Below the pieces are notes generated by a model, which was not told the DNA's origin, did not search any database, and saw nothing but the letters and a program-made list of their open reading frames with translations. 62,997 nucleotides of DNA from Octopus bimaculoides (taxonomy: Eukaryota). The stretch lies in the NCBI RefSeq assembly GCF_001194135.2, contig NC_068989.1, positions 9,823,535-9,886,531 of the forward strand, read 5' to 3'. This document shows positions 24,699 through 38,014 of this stretch, piece after piece. Position 1 is the first letter of the stretch; each line of letters begins with the position of its first letter. The position numbers and the translations under genes are program-made.

Positions 24699-25931
24699 CT
24701 AGACAGAATTCAGCAAACAGATTTAATCTTTTGCAGATTTTCTGTGATTATTGTTCTTTAATTGAGAACTAAAGTATTGAAATACCAAAACCCCATCAAG
24801 CTATCAAACACTTGATGCGAAAATAACAGGAACAAACTAAGGATATGAAAGAGAAAGAGAGAGAGGAGAGGGGAGGGAGTGAAGGAAATACAAAAGAAGA
24901 AAAGAGGAAGAAAGAGGTTGACACAAATTTGATATATTCTCTTCGTCATTTGGTGGATTTAAGGAAAACTTAGCAGTCTATAGCTTGATCGTTGGTAGAA
25001 AGTGATTTCACACCAAACAGACATCACAAGATAACGAAATATAATTTGCTAAGCAGCCGAAAGCAACTAACAAGGTAAGTGCAATATTTAACACTTTACC
25101 ATTCTTCTCTGCAGTGCTGAACACAACAATTGGTTCCATTTCAATAATGCACGTAATACAGTAAAAGCAAAGAAAATTATACAATTTACTCAGCATTTTG
25201 GAGTTCAAGGAACAAAATAGAAAAGGCTCTCTAAATCCTCTAAAATTATGTTTTTCATCTTTAATCAAATCACGACTAAGAAAGATAAGGAAAAAAGTGT
25301 GAAATTAGGTTACATTAAGCGATCTTAAACTGTTAAATATTATGTGTTGTACAAATATAATAATGGTACTAGTTTGAAGAAATCTGTACCTAAGTAAGAA
25401 ACGAGAAGAGAAGGTATGAATTTTAAATTTGTCTGCATAAATAATTTGATGAAAAATATATTGTAAAACTTATGATAGTAGAAGCTGCTTTTAAAAGACG
25501 CTCATAAAAAGCAATTTCTATGATGGCGGAAGCAATCTGTATTTGGATTTAATTCAATATTTTCACTGAAGATAAAAGGAAGACGACGAGACAAGTGAAC
25601 AGCAATAACTTGTGATAATATTGGATTCATATCAACAACATATATTTACATGAATGTTACATTTATTGCTCTGTGAAGTGCCTGATATAATATGTAGTCG
25701 GGTGATTGAATCGTAAGACAAAAACACAGTTGAGAAATTTAAGTCTTGATAAGAAAATAGACATCTGTGTCACGTTGTTTCAAATCTATCGTAATATCCA
25801 GCTATTTGGTCTTAATGTTCGCCAATACAATAATTGACCATGTTAACATGGGTTAAATGGACCCACTATTGATGCTCTTTCTAACACCAACTGCCTAAAA
25901 GTGAAATAACAAAGACATCAAACAGATACTG

Positions 25932-25967
<36 letters not shown>

Positions 25968-26087
25968 AAAGTATTACAACATAGACACAAAAACCATTAC
26001 AGATGAACAGATACACAATTTCATCCTTTCATCACCATGTTTCTGCTGAAATGCACTGATTTTACTTCAATCAAACAACAAAGAAAT

Positions 26088-26304
26088 TATTCTTTTCTAC
26101 TCTAAGCACAAGGCCCGAAACTTTTGGGGAGGGGGATCAGTCAATTAGATCAACCCCAGCACACAACTGGTACTTAATTTATCAACCCCAAAAGGATAAA
26201 AGGCAAAGTCGACCTTGGTGGAATTTGAACTCAGAACATAAAGACAGACGAAATACTGCTAAGCATTTCGCCCGGCTTGCTAATGTTTCTGCCAACTCAC
26301 CACC
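26088..26304 (-). mobile_element. Family A SINE, near full length
   Basis: The minus strand reads gagttggcagaaacattagcaagccgggcgaaatgcttagc...gagttcaaattccacc; the tail is present. Confidence 0.9.
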
Positions 26305-26326
26305 TCCAAAAAAGAAATTATTAAAA

Positions 26327-26690
26327 TAGGTGAAGGCATGGCAGTTTAGTTAAGAAACTTACTTTGCAGCCGTGTAGTTTTGAGTTTAGTCCTCCTGCAC
26401 CTTGGGCAAGTATCTCCTACCATGGTTTCAGACTGACCAATGTCTTGTTTAAATTTTGTAGACAGAAAGCCCATTGTGTGTGTCTCTCTCTCTGTCTCTC
26501 TCTTTGTGTTTATGCTTGCCACCCCGTCCAACGCTTAACAACCAGTTTGGCAAAAGAGACCCATTGTATATGTAATAAGTACAGGACAGTCAACCTTTTT
26601 TTTTTTTTTTTTTTTACTAAACTCCTTAAAGTAGTGCCCCAGCATGGTCACAGTCCAACGCCTGAAACAAGCCAGAGCAAATAAGATAAA
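26327..26690 (+). mobile_element. Family B SINE
   Basis: Head, caccttgggcaagt core and cagcatggtcacagtc tail. Confidence 0.75.
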
Positions 26691-26704
26691 TTACTGAGCT
26701 GGAG

Positions 26705-26750
26705 CATGAATTAATATGAATTAATATGAATTAACATGAATTAATATGAA
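26705..26750. repeat. 10-bp tandem repeat (atgaattaat) x about 4.5, next to a lone ...aaaagggTTAA piggyBac-like end at about 26857
   Basis: The tandem units are visible; the transposon-end assignment is tentative. Confidence 0.7.
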
Positions 26751-28925
26751 ACTCCAATGGAAGGTTTTTACTTAAGAGCTTATCTTAATACACAGGATTT
26801 GATTTGTAACACTGAACCAGGGTTGATTTTTATGCAGGTTGGCATGAAAAGGGTTAAGCAAAACAATGGTAGAATTTGTGGCTGTACTGTGATATACAGG
26901 TGTGTTACACAATACTGAAACATTAGCCATTAACCCAATTTGTTACCAGTGTAAGAACAACTGAGCCCTTAATAAAACAGTAATGGTTCTACCTGACATA
27001 TAAACTTCACATGAGGCTTATATCTAACTTCTGCACTAAACTGATCACTACTGGCCTCAAGCAGATTGTCGTTCTACTAAAGAACGAACATCACATTTAT
27101 TCTGCTGACATTTCCACATTAAATATGATATTGCATTATCGCTGCTGTCGTTGTGGTGGTTGTTAGGTCACTACATGTTATTTAGTTTTATTTCATTTGC
27201 TATTTTGAACTGCGAGGTAAAAGGGAGTGCAAAAACAAACAAACAAACAAAAGCACAAAAGAAGCACGAGAGAATAGTGCATGTGTGTGTGTGATAGATA
27301 GTGGAGTGAGAGTATTTGGAGGGAAGCTATGAAAGAGGAAGTGAGAGAGAGAGAATAGAATTCAGAATAAAGGGGAGAAGGAAATTCTGGGAAAGAGAGA
27401 AAGAATGAAGATTGTAAGAGAGAAAGAAAGGAATGGAGATAGTAAAGAAGAGAGTGTGTGTGTGGGTGTTTGTATGTAAAAGGGGAAGTGCTAAGATGAG
27501 AGAAAAGAAGTCAGAAATTGTTAGAGAAAACGGAGAATATAGGAAGATGAAAAATACAGGGTGTCAAAGAAGAGGCAAAATGCGAGAGTGCTGAAGGTGT
27601 CTGTCAGTTTTTAAGTTATCAGTTACCGGTGGTGGGAGGTGTTAAATTAATAAACTTGATGTTATATTTAATTCTAGAATAAATGGTAACGAAGCAAAAA
27701 AAAAAAGGTTATTTTAAAAATACAAAAAATTAAAAAAAAGAACACTTTTTTACTAAAAACTAAAATAACACAATTTCTTAGTTTTTACAGTGTGTAACTT
27801 CAAAGTTTTACACAGAGGCAGCAAGCTGGAGCTGATATATTAAAAGTTAAGTTTTTCTCCAAAACTTGAGACAAGTCAGAGTTTACAGTATGAAAGAAGA
27901 GTTGTCTAAGATGAAGGAAATAATGTGAATGTTATGATATTCATGGCTTTCTTGAATGAAATTAAAACAACATTAAAAAAATAAATAAATAAATAAATAA
28001 AAAATGTATCAAGAATTAAAACAGGAATTATGCATGAAGTTTGTGGAGAATTTACTACTGCACTTTTATACTGGACACTAAAGACTCCATTATTGAGAAA
28101 GGACTAGACTAATTTCCGAAAAAGGACTAATCGATTGACTAACATTTACATACCTTCTATAGCCACTAATCAATAGAGGGCTTAAATATTGATTATTTAC
28201 TCTGGCTGTATTCAATAGACTTAATGGATAGGTATAAAAATTCATCAATTCAATTCTTCATGAATAACTAACTATATATAAGCGGAAAAGAAATTTGGGA
28301 TGGAACAAATTGGCAGTGCTGTTTATTCAATACCAGGAAGGTTCAATTAAGGTATGAATATATATTAGTGAATGATAGATTTTCTTTCCCTAAAAAATTC
28401 TCCATGCAAATACAACCTCTCAAGTTATATGACCTCACTAAACTGCATTCTGTATCATATATAAATTATTAGGTTGTACTTGCTGATTCACCACCACAGA
28501 CAATATATGACAATTTCATTGGTCTATTACTGACAGGAATGATAAAAGGGAAGTCGGTAAATATATTTATATTTTGACGATATAGTTAACACTGGCACCC
28601 ACATAGCATCGTTAATGAAAATGACATGGAATAACCAGATCAAGATTTGTGTTTCTGTCAAAGACTTTTCAGTAAGAATCAGCGTCTTTCTGATCAAGAA
28701 ACAAAATCAATAATGTTGACCTTTTGGATAAACTTTGCCACAACGTGGATGAATGAGAAACCCTTTGTAGTCATGTATTTAGCATGTATAGTTATATGTC
28801 CACATCATAAAATTAAACTAGCTCTAATGCCAGGTGACTTTCAAGTTGCTATTGTCTTCCAAAGCTGAATATTAAGAATATAGCCACACTGAACTTTAAC
28901 TACGAACAATGTCTGTCTGCCCCCG

Positions 28926-28983
<58 letters not shown>

Positions 28984-29094
28984 CCTCTAACTGGAAATGT
29001 AATAACTAAGAAAAGACATTAAAGGGTTGCTTTTTTTTTTGTTTTTTTTTTGTGTAAGATAAAGTCTATAATATAATAACTGTACTGGTCTGGC

Positions 29095-29200
29095 AGATCA
29101 GACTTTAACAAGCTGACACATGATGGAAACCTGTTAGATTTGTTATTGACAAAGAATGTACTGTGTGTTGACAGATGCAGCAAGTTTGGCTCCAACAAAT
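29095..29200 (+). mobile_element. Possible CR1/L2-like LINE endonuclease remnant
   Basis: 29101-29160 translates as DFNKLTHDGNLLDLLLTKNV, similar to the APE motif PTRxGxxLDLxLTN. Confidence 0.35.
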
Positions 29201-30010
29201 ATATATAAATCCAGGCATCAGGACAGAAATCAATAGAGAATTCAGTCAGAGAAAAACTTGAATGCTGGAGGTTATCCTATTGTGGAGTGAAGAAACTAGG
29301 ATAACTACATGTATACCAAACAGTAAATTATATCTGATAACCATTCAGAAAAGTAGGAAGAATGCAGAATGAATGACATCTTGTATATGTAGCAATGGGA
29401 TTTACATGCTTTGTGTTTGCTATATAAAGATGAAGAAGAGCTTTGAGGATACAAAGTGCAATATGAAATCTAGAATGCAAAGTTCAGTGATGGAAAAAAA
29501 AAATAGATGTTCGTGATTTTTCTTTCTAGTACTTGATTCAAGAGGGAAGAATGTCTTCAATATGAACCCCATTTAGATGTACACCCATGTAACAGATGTA
29601 ATAATAACTACATACAGCTATTCTAATTACATATCCTGTTATCAATGGCTTCAAATAAACTGAGAATGTATAATATATAACAAAAGGTGAATGGGTTTTT
29701 ATATACTAGCAGTAACTGTGGAATTTTATACACAACTTACTTGCTATTTGTCAGTAAGAGTTAATGCAAATGATGTGAAAGTATGGAGATAACTCTGAAA
29801 GATCCATTAAAATGTATTTTTAGCAAACTAATAAGAAAATATTATCCTATTGAGTAGCATTATAATGTTGTAGGTATTGATGAAAAGGTTTTAATTGGAA
29901 TGTAAACTTTTACCCAGAAATTGTCCAAGAGGAAATAAAGGTAAATAAAAATGTATTGAAATTTGCTGAAAACAAACCAGCAGGTAATATATATATGCGA
30001 TATATATGCG

Positions 30011-30043
<33 letters not shown>

Positions 30044-30053
30044 NNNNNNNNNN

Positions 30054-30098
<45 letters not shown>

Positions 30099-30853
30099 AT
30101 ACAAAAGAAAGAAAAAAAACTCCCCAGCAAATTAAGATATAATTTCACATGAAAACATCTGGGATTCCCCACTGACAGAAACGTTATAAAATATCATAGA
30201 ATTGTACAGATTGCTATTTAACATACATAATAATGTCACTGTGTGGATGGTTGTGGATGGTGCAAAGACATTATTAGTAGTTTTAATCACTTTTTCTTTC
30301 AGTAATTTAGTTTTTGTCAAGAGATATTGAGTAGTTGACATAGACAGTGTTAGCAGTTCAAGTAAATAATGAAAGAAAGAATAAAAGAAAAGGATAAAAA
30401 AAAAAAAGATATATAATTCAACAGTATTTATATTACAACATGTGAGGTCTTGCATTGAGAGAGAGAGAACGGGAGAGATATGCTTTTGGATGGATGCCAA
30501 AACTGATGTATATCAATAATTTGTTTTCACAACTATTGGCATAACATAAAAAATGCAAAAGAAAAAAATAAATACAAATAAACGAGGAAAAATACAAAAA
30601 AGAAAAAGAAAAGAAAAGAGAAAGAAAAAAGACAGTCTTCCTTCTGTGCTGATATACAGCGGTTCAATTTACAAGAGAGTCAAAGGTTCATAGTTTAGTG
30701 CAGAAATAATCTGGTTAGGACAACTAATAATCCTTATGAATCAAGTAAGCCATGAAACCAGTATAAATAAAACAACCTTTTTCATCTTAAAGGGACCACA
30801 GAAAATTATAGCTCTTATCATTGTTATTGATGCTAATAAATACATATTTCAAC

Positions 30854-30892
<39 letters not shown>

Positions 30893-32137
30893 TAACATGA
30901 CTGCATAATTTTTTTTTTTATTTACAGCCCCCCCCCCAAAAAAAAATGCAATGCAATGCATTTGCCTGACTACGGTGTGATAAGTAGTTAAACAGTAAGC
31001 ACTATAAGAATAATTCGTTTCAATTTGTAATACAATATTGCTTTCTTGCCAGATTTATGATGCATACAGACAAGACATTGCACTTGTAGTGCCAATACAT
31101 TATTGTCGTCTTTGTTACATTACAATACAAATTTTAAAGCATCAATTGGGCTATCATAGCAATTGTAAAAGATTCTCTAAAGAAAACCTACAATAAACAA
31201 CCACAGAAATAACAGCAATATATCATAAACCTATAACAGTTGTCGTTGGATGCTTGGGTTATCAAGCATAAGAATTCTAAGTAGGGAAGGAACAGGTTTA
31301 GTTTAAGCTCATCTTAGTAGAGGTTAGAGCAATACTAACATATCATATACTATGAAACATCGCATAACAAAAACCGCAAAGGTTTTGCATCATTAATCAG
31401 ATTGTTCACTGCTGTTGTAACAAAGTTCTAAACATGAAAATCCTATTTGCAATTCTGCTAGAAAACTATCAAACACCTCAATGGTTAGCACTTTACATGT
31501 TGGTATCACTCATTTCCTTTTCTTTCTCAAAGATTTCTTAGACTTAAACTAATTCCATAATATTTTTATTTCCTAACCGTCATCTCAGTAACACATTTTT
31601 CTTGGATCATTCAACAGTATAAAGATGATTACCTACACAACAACAACAACAACAGCAATAACAGCAACAAAAAAAGAAAAGAAAAGAAAACCATTGATGC
31701 TGCCACCATAAGTACAGCAACCAAGAACGCTTTGAAAAGCTTCTGGCAATACACCTACAGAAACACAGAACATGAGGGACAGCAAAGTCACCACACACAC
31801 ACACATTCTGAACTGTGACCCCCATAACAAAGATAACAATACTTCATACGAGAGATCAATCCTCAGTCACCACTAACACACTACAAGGAACCTTATCAAT
31901 AAAATATGTCTTTTTTCCATCTGTTTAACTGCAATAACGACAAACTTTCTTTTCTCTGAACTTGCTGTGTACACACCTTCTGAATTCATTAGATGTAACT
32001 GCATCACCTTCAACCGTTCCTACAGTTTCATTCCCTTAGATACCCTCCTAAACATTCCCCACCCCCACTTCCCCTCTCCCCACATCAATACTACACCATC
32101 ACTTTTAATCTCCATAAATCTGTTCTTTACTTCCGGC

Positions 32138-32524
32138 ACTGACCCAAAGAAATTCAAAACGTGCAAATGAATCTCAACGGCATGAAGCCCACCACATCAT
32201 TCATGGAGGGTATGTGAGGAGTATGGGTCACACTCTGCTTCTTCACAATAAACAAAAGACCTGCTATCTAGCAGTACAGTTATACAAGCAGTTACAATTT
32301 TACTGCCAAACATGCTGGTTCCTCTACTTCCAATACTGACTTACCGAAATTCAAAATGCACGAAAGTACCTCAACAATATCAAGCTCAGCACATCAATCT
32401 TGGAGGGCATATGTGATGGCTATGGGCAGGTACTATCCTGCTTGTCCATACTTAACAAAAGACCTGCTATCTAGCAGTACAGTTGTGCAAGCAGTTAGAA
32501 TTTTACTGCCAATATGCTAGTCCT
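32138..32524. repeat. Diverged tandem duplication with a period of about 200 bp
   Basis: 32251-32309 and 32454-32512 differ at 3 of 59 nt; the upstream parts align more loosely. Confidence 0.85.
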
Positions 32525-33219
32525 ATGAACAATAAGTATATAGAGCAAGATTAATAATCTACAATCTAAAGTCTCAAAGCTGTAGATTTATGCTTCCTTT
32601 GTGATAGAAAATTTAATAAAAACAAAACTATCTTATTAAAATACTGTCAGTAACACAGTTAAAAATCAATAAAAGCTTCTCAAAAAAAATAATAAAAAAT
32701 AAAGTAAAGAAATTGCTTTGATTTTTTTTTTTTTTTTTTTTTTTTCTCAACTGAAAAGAAAATAAAAATGCCAAGGAAAAAAAAATATTTATGAATGAAA
32801 AAGAGATAGAAAGTTTGTGAAAAGTAAGAAAATATTGAAAACTAAAGCTGACAACATAATAAAATAGCATATAAGTGGCTATCATAATATATTATAACAT
32901 GTTTCAAAGTAGAAAATATGTTCTGTTAATATTTAAGAGAAGTATTTATTTCCTGTTGCCATCTCTAGGTGTTGAAATATTAACAACAACAACAACAACA
33001 TCAAGATAAGAAGAAGATAAATTGATAGTGCAACATCAAAGATTTTAATCTACACTACATCTAAAGAAAAAAGAAAAAAATCCATTGATTTTTTTTAGTT
33101 TTTTTTTGTTTTGTACTGTAGAGAAGTTATTAGATTTTTAACAATAGCACTGCCATAGCAGTTCACAGTAGAAATATATAGTACATACTAAAGCTACTCA
33201 GATTCTATAATGCACCCCT

Positions 33220-33255
<36 letters not shown>

Positions 33256-33925
33256 CTCTCTCTGTCTTTCTCTCCTTCAGTCTCGTTCTCTCTTTCTCAT
33301 ATGCACACTATANNNNNNNNNNATTTCTTTATCACACGCACACAAATGGAGAGAGAAAAAAAAATCTGCAATATAGTCAAATGTAGTAAATTCTTCATCA
33401 TTGTTACCACACACACACACACACAACAACAAAAGAAAAACAACATGCGACATACACAGTTGCATGTCACCCTGCATCAGAAGTACACATTAACAACAAG
33501 TAAGAGTTTCAAAAAGTCATTACAATTTCTATTTCCGCAACTAAAAGAGATTTCGGTTTTCAACAGAATGCTACTCTCACATCTGAAGTACATTTTCGAT
33601 GAGGTGCGAAGACGCTGTGAAAACTGATAGATTGGGACAGAACAATCAATGTACAAGCAGCACCATCGTTATTATTAGAGTGACAATACCGTCAGAAAAA
33701 TGGATAGCATCTTCAGAACCAGCTTGTAAATTCCTTAACTGACCAAATGAACTACTTCCTTTTTAACAGGAGGCTGGCGATATTAATTCCGTGGTGCGCA
33801 CGCATAAAATTAGGAAATAATTTACAATTTACAATGGTGGAGAGATGGAAGTAGGACTTTACATCAATAATGACATAGTACAGGGGGTTGCTTGCTCCAA
33901 ATGTTATTGGTGATAATGCCACCAT

Positions 33926-34145
33926 TGTCATCATCATCATCATCATCGTTATCAACATTGTTATCAGCATCTTCATCATCAACATTATTATCATTGTCAT
34001 CATCATTACCATCATTATCATTATCATCATTGTCGTCATCATCATCATCAACATTACTATCATCATCATCATCAACATCATCACTGTCCACCCCGTTGTC
34101 AAAGCTATCATCACCATCATCCTAATCATCATTGTCATCATCAGT
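33926..34145. repeat. Degenerate (ATC)n trinucleotide tract
   Basis: Directly visible. Confidence 0.9.
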
Positions 34146-35023
34146 CTTCACCGTTCCTCAGACTGTCACCCATACCCAGTAAATAGAACCCTGCCCACAA
34201 CTACCCCCCCCCCAAACTCAACGACTGCCACTACTCCAGCTGCCGTCACTAATACNNNNNNNNNNAAACTCAACGACTGCCACTACTCCAGCTGCCGTCA
34301 CTAATACAACCAAGCGTACGTACGAACAACAATAACAGACGCAGAGACTATTGCCAGCGCCATAATTCTTATCAGTAACATTGTGAGCGCCAGCAAGATT
34401 GTCAAACTCTTACCATTATTATGATCAACAGTATTTAAACTGCCACTGGCAACAAGAACAACAACAACAACAACAAAAATCAATCATTTATCACCATGTT
34501 CATCATTTGTCCACTCCCACTTTTCATCATCATCGTCATCAACACTATTGTCATTGCTATCCCTTCACACAACACAATTGTCAGTATCAGAGGCAGGTGG
34601 TGGTGGTGGTGGTGGTGGTGATGGTGGTGGTGGCAGCGGTGGTAGTGGTGGTGGTGTTTCTTGAATTGATCCGCTGCTATCGTATTGACCATCATGCAAT
34701 TTACTTTCTCCAATCAGCTCATTTGACTGAAAACATCTGATTTATTCTCAAAAATCATGATGACAGAATAATCGATAATATTAAATAAGAAGAGAAATGT
34801 GAAGGAAAAGCCTTAAATATATATATGTAAAAAAAAATTTTTTTTAATAAAAAAGAAACATTAGAGGGAGTAGGAGACAGACACAGAAAGGAGGAAGAGA
34901 GAAAAGAGAGTAGGAGGGAAATGAAAAGGCATAAGAGTGGAGGGAGGAGGGAGCGACAGAAAATGTGTGGGAGGAGAATGAGAAACATTGATGGGGCAAG
35001 CATAAAAGAGAAAACAAAGCAAT

Positions 35024-35073
<50 letters not shown>

Positions 35074-35114
35074 AATGGAGAGATCATGATGGTTGGAAGA
35101 GATTCACACACACA

Positions 35115-35260
35115 CATTCTTTCACAAGTTTCAGTCTTTTGACTGCAGCCATGTTGGGGTACCACCTTCAAGAGTTCTGCCAACCATACTGGCTCCAATG
35201 TTTTATCATTTCAGTCTGGAACTTATTTTAGAGACCTCTGTTTGTCGAACCATTATATTA
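35115..35260 (-). mobile_element. Family B SINE 3' fragment
   Basis: gtttcagtcttttgactgcagccatgttgggg matches the family B tail. Confidence 0.6.
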
Positions 35261-35452
35261 CACAACACAAAGAAACAATATAAACACACACACACACACA
35301 TGTATGCAGGTCTGTACAGTGAATGTCATATGACCGTGTTCAAAGTAGACAGAATCTGTGGAATAGGAAGACACATAGAGCAAAATGGTGATCTCAAGAT
35401 GCAGGGGTACCAGTCAGGCAGCACTGGCATCAGTCACACTCAAATGGTGCTT

Positions 35453-35484
<32 letters not shown>

Positions 35485-36876
35485 TATATAAACAATATAT
35501 GAGTATATGCATATATATGTACGTTTATGTATATACGTTCATCCACATGTACATATAGATACATAACTGGGTACATGACGTGGCAAAAGAACAAGGACAA
35601 AAATGGTAAACAAGGTGCAACAAACAAGCAGGCCACATAGAAACATCCCCTTCATCAGCTGCCACCATTAAAACTCCAGTGTTTCGAAGAATTAAGGCAG
35701 TACGCATCGCTAAAATGGTTCTTATATATATATTTAAATGAAATATTCAAACACTGAGATTTGAAGTTAGATGTCACTACTGTTCATATCATCTGTGGAT
35801 AAATTCAAAATTTGATGATATCACCAGTAGTAGCATTGGTGGAACGCAGTTATGATAGCTTTAAGGAGCTATGAAATATCGTAATGATGCTTAATGAGCA
35901 TCTACCTGCTAGAAATAAGAGCCAAGTCTTAAATAATCCACCGTAGCGCACCAATATAACATATATACACACACATAGAGGACAGGGATAAAAAAAAAAG
36001 AACACAATTCAAATCCCAGCCTTTCTCTACTACTACTACAACTACTAGTACTACTACATCACCACTTGTTCCCCTGCCATCATCACTGACAGCATCGGCA
36101 CTATCATGAACAGTGAATAGTACAAGCAACTCTACTCTACTCTACACTTCTAATAGATTTGCAAAAGAGTTTATAAAACTAATCTAATTCCAAAAATGGT
36201 AAATTTTATTAAGAAGATTATTTTGTTTGCAAGTTTTCCTAGTTAGTTATGGAAGATTTTAAAGATGATATTAAGAAAGTATTATGCAAAATACGGTAAA
36301 ACTAAATGAAAAAGAGATTTAAAAAATAAATAAATCGGAGCGAATTAACCCAAAATAACACAGAAAACATAAAACCTTTGCTTTCTTAGAATTTGAGTCA
36401 TTCCTATTTGCTAGAAGACAGATGTAGACAGCATAAGGTACAACTTTCTTCTGCTGCTAGTTTATACAAAGTGACATCATAATTTTCGACAATGATAAGC
36501 ACTAAGTTAGTGAAGATGTCTACAGAGATACTGTTATAAAGATGTTGTATGGAGACATTGTGTAATGTGAATACGATAGTAGGTGTATTGCTATGTGTAT
36601 GTGTATAATAGTAGCACATAGTAGCATAGAAGAGTGTATATATTGACTGTGTAGGAGTGGAGAGTAGTGCTTAAGAAAAGTGTAGGATTGTGAGGCACAA
36701 GGTCATCATTATCATTTTAGTGTTCATTTTCCTGTGATTTGTTGAGACAGATTTCTCTGTGGTCGGGTGCTCTTCTTTCTGCCAACCCTCATCTGTTTCC
36801 AAGTAAGGTGATGTTTTCTTTGTGGCCAGATATGTTTTCATGGAAGATTGGAAATGAGGGAGAGCAATTGCATGAT

Positions 36877-37108
36877 GGCGGCGAGATGGCAGAATGGTTA
36901 GCACACCGGGCGAAATGCTTAGCGGTATTTCATCTGCCATTACGTTCTGAGTTCAAATTCTGCCGAGGTCGACTTTGCCTTTCATCCTTTCAGGGGTCGA
37001 TAAATTAAGTACCAGTTACGCACTGGGGTCGATGTAATCGACTGAATCCCTTTGTCTGTCCTTGTTTGTCCCCTCTATGTTTAGCCCCTTGTGGGCAATA
37101 AAGAAAAA
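36877..37108 (+). mobile_element. Well-preserved family A SINE with Pol III A and B boxes, inserted in repeat E
   Basis: A box TGGCAGAATGG, B-box-like GAGTTCAAATTC and A-rich end; repeat E sequence continues on both sides. Confidence 0.9.
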
Positions 37109-37154
37109 GGTGGCACTCGTTTACAACTATCATGAGAGGTCAAGGCAAGGTGAC

Positions 37155-37199
<45 letters not shown>

Positions 37200-37642
37200 C
37201 GCGTGTCTCAGAAGTGTTAGAGGGGAAAATAAGCGACAGAATAATGTTATATAGGCAAAGGAAAGTGAATGAGACAGTGGTATGAGGCTAAAAATGTCTA
37301 GTAATTTACAACTATTGACTGATGAATAAAGTTACAAAAACTAAACACTACTGAGTGATTATGATACAGGCTAATACAATGTTAATAGTATATGGTGAAA
37401 TATAGGATATATAGAGAGAACAGTAATAATCAGCAGTACGACAATATTTCTACATGTTTATTTGGTTTGTTGCCTGAGGGAATGGAGTGGAAGTTTTAAG
37501 CAAATTTAGACAATTTACATGAATTATATTATACTGTCTATTTACAGGTAAATATTGTTCATTAATAACACTATTCATTAACCCTAAGCTCTGACAAAGA
37601 ATACTGGCTTCAATTCTCATATGAATGTTATTTTACACTCAG

Positions 37643-38014
37643 GTGAACACATCTATTGTGTGAATAAGCAAGGAAAATAGAAGTCTCTTCATATGAAAAC
37701 CGAACTTCCAGACCATTAATAAATATTCACAAACTCTATTGAAGAGATGTGTGTATATAGAGAAGGAAATCACTTTTACATGAACGTTTTGCACCATATT
37801 TGATAAATATAATAAAAACAAATGATATTAATTGGCAGGAGAGTGGCTTTGCTTTGGACACAGAAAAGTAATTTACATTCTAAGATTTCAGCACCAAGAA
37901 CGGTTGTACTTCATCAGATGAATACCTAGAAAATTTTCATTTACTGAAAAATCAGAGATTTTATTATTGTGAACACTCAACTAAATTAAGATCAATAAAT
38001 TTCACTTCTAGTAG
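37643..38014 (+). pseudogene. Exon-like decayed coding fragment, copy 1
   Basis: Bounded by ttattttacactcAG and ag|GTCATT; reads ..KSLHMKTELPDH**IFTNSIEEMC.. and ..DFSTKNGCTSSDEYLENFHLLKNQRFYYCEH.. with stops. Confidence 0.4.

Noticed and set aside
25075-25114. Plus-strand GTAAGT...ctctgcAG mini-intron
   Set aside because: Only 40 nt long, and the flanking frames give no recognisable protein.
29741-29794. Minus-strand exon-like segment with good splice sites (tttcAG / GTAAGT)
   Set aside because: Stops in all three frames. It shows that decoy exons occur here, hence the modest confidence on the other candidates.
31690-31755. Strong minus-strand acceptor (gtttctgtAG) with three open frames
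   Set aside because: No convincing donor; it runs into low-complexity sequence.
33567-33626. Plus-strand terminal-exon-like MLLSHLKYIFDEVRRRCEN*
   Set aside because: Isolated, opposite to the inferred host strand and unrecognised.
33864-34091. Asp/Asn-rich ORF resembling acidic biomineralisation proteins
   Set aside because: It is simply a degenerate (GAT)n tract, with no signal peptide or splice support.
34214-34307. 42-bp direct repeat on either side of a 10-N gap
   Set aside because: Identical sequence flanking a placeholder gap indicates an unmerged contig overlap.
37880-37940. Minus-strand CTGATGA-stem-GAAA hammerhead-like core
   Set aside because: Stem I cannot form, and the core is absent from the duplicate at about 40690; it lies within the exon relic.
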